A stretch of DNA of 64,000 nt from Eledone cirrhosa. Lineage: Eukaryota. Positions within the stretch are counted from its first letter, which is position 1. The number at the start of each line of letters is the position of its first letter. Positions 63,211 through 64,000 of this stretch are shown piece after piece. The notes under the pieces are model-generated. The model was not told the origin of the DNA and ran no database searches. It worked only from the letters and a program-made list of their open reading frames with translations. A program made the position numbers and the translations under genes. The stretch is from contig OZ024747.1 of assembly GCA_964016885.1 (NCBI GenBank), positions 29,264,001 through 29,328,000 on the forward strand. Reading direction: 5' to 3'.

Positions 63211-64000
63211 ACCCAAACCGCAACTCCAACCCCAACCCCAACCGCAAATCCAACCACAACCCAAACCCTAGCCCTATCCCCAACCCTAACCCGAATCCTA
63301 AACCCAACCCCAACCCCAACACCAAGGCTAACCCTAAACCTAACCCTAACCCTAACCCTAACCCCAATCCTAACCCCAACCCTAACCCCAACCCTAACCC
63401 CAACCTCAACCCCAACACCAATACCAACCACAACCCCAACCTCAAACCCAACCCTAACCCCTACCTCAACGGCAACCCCAACCCTAACCCTAACCCGAAA
63501 GGTAACCCTAACCCTAACCAGAACCCCAACCGCAACCCCAACCCTAACCCTAACCCGAAAGGTAACCCTAACCCTAACCAGAACCCCAACCGCAACCCCA
63601 AACCCAACATTAACCCCAACCCTAACCCTAACCCTAAGCCTAACCCTAACCCTAACCCTAACCCCAATCGCAACCTCAACCCCAACCCAACCCCAACACC
63701 AACCCTAACCCTAACCCTAACCCAACCCTAACACCAACTCTAACCCAACCCAAACCCTACCCCAACCACAACCCTAACTCTAACCCTAACCATTACCCTA
63801 AACCTAACCCTAACCCTAACGCAAACCCTAACCCTAACCGTAACGCAAACCCCAACACCAATCCTAACCCTAACCCCCACACCAACACCAACCCCAACTT
63901 CAACCCAAACCGCAACACTAACCCTAACCCTATCCCTAATCCTAACCCAAACACAAACCCTAACCCTAACCCTTACTCAAAACCTAACCCAAACACTATC

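Larger units (their letters stand above)
36284..64000. repeat. Degenerate telomere-type (CCCTAA)n satellite, >27 kb, C-rich on the + strand
   Basis: CCCTAA interleaved with CCCCAA, CCCAAA, CACTAA, ACCTAA, CCGTAA, GCCTAA and others, with only short pure runs (one of the longest seen is ~40965-41042). Runs off the right edge. Confidence 0.98.

Noticed and set aside
36327-63685. GL/VR/TL dipeptide-repeat ORFs
   Set aside because: These are reading frames of hexamer repeats, with no evidence of expression from sequence alone.
36284-64000. Functional terminal telomere of this chromosome arm
   Set aside because: Wrong strand orientation and pervasive degeneracy.

Overview
Eukaryotic (metazoan, probably lophotrochozoan; a coleoid cephalopod is a plausible guess) heterochromatic window with no host protein-coding genes. 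From left to right: (1) about 16 kb of a 76/54/51-bp rDNA-spacer satellite; (2) one decayed 45S rDNA unit, with a 2.7-kb expansion-rich 18S mutated at the decoding site, a 5.8S with a deletion, and a 28S missing its 5' end, its middle, the peptidyl-transferase loop and the sarcin-ricin loop; (3) about 10.6 kb inserted at the canonical R2 site of the 28S, made of three head-to-tail R2 retrotransposon pieces from different sublineages (a 5'-only fragment and two near-full-length dead R2-A-type elements) plus a tandem duplication of the upstream 28S target; (4) 3' ETS, a short block of the same satellite, and ~3.2 copies of a ~640-bp repeat carrying a TATATAGG motif; (5) more than 27 kb of degenerate (CCCTAA)n, in the wrong orientation to be this chromosome end's telomere, with 880-bp and 7.7-kb higher-order duplications. 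The most novel signal is that two diverged R2 5' ends both fold by eye into an HDV/CPEB3-like ribozyme. It borrows its P1 strand from the 28S, has an inverted P1.1 pair (G-C instead of C-G), and has a C-G pair at the cleavage position instead of the usual G·U/G-C. All folds and alignments were done by inspection and are not computed.
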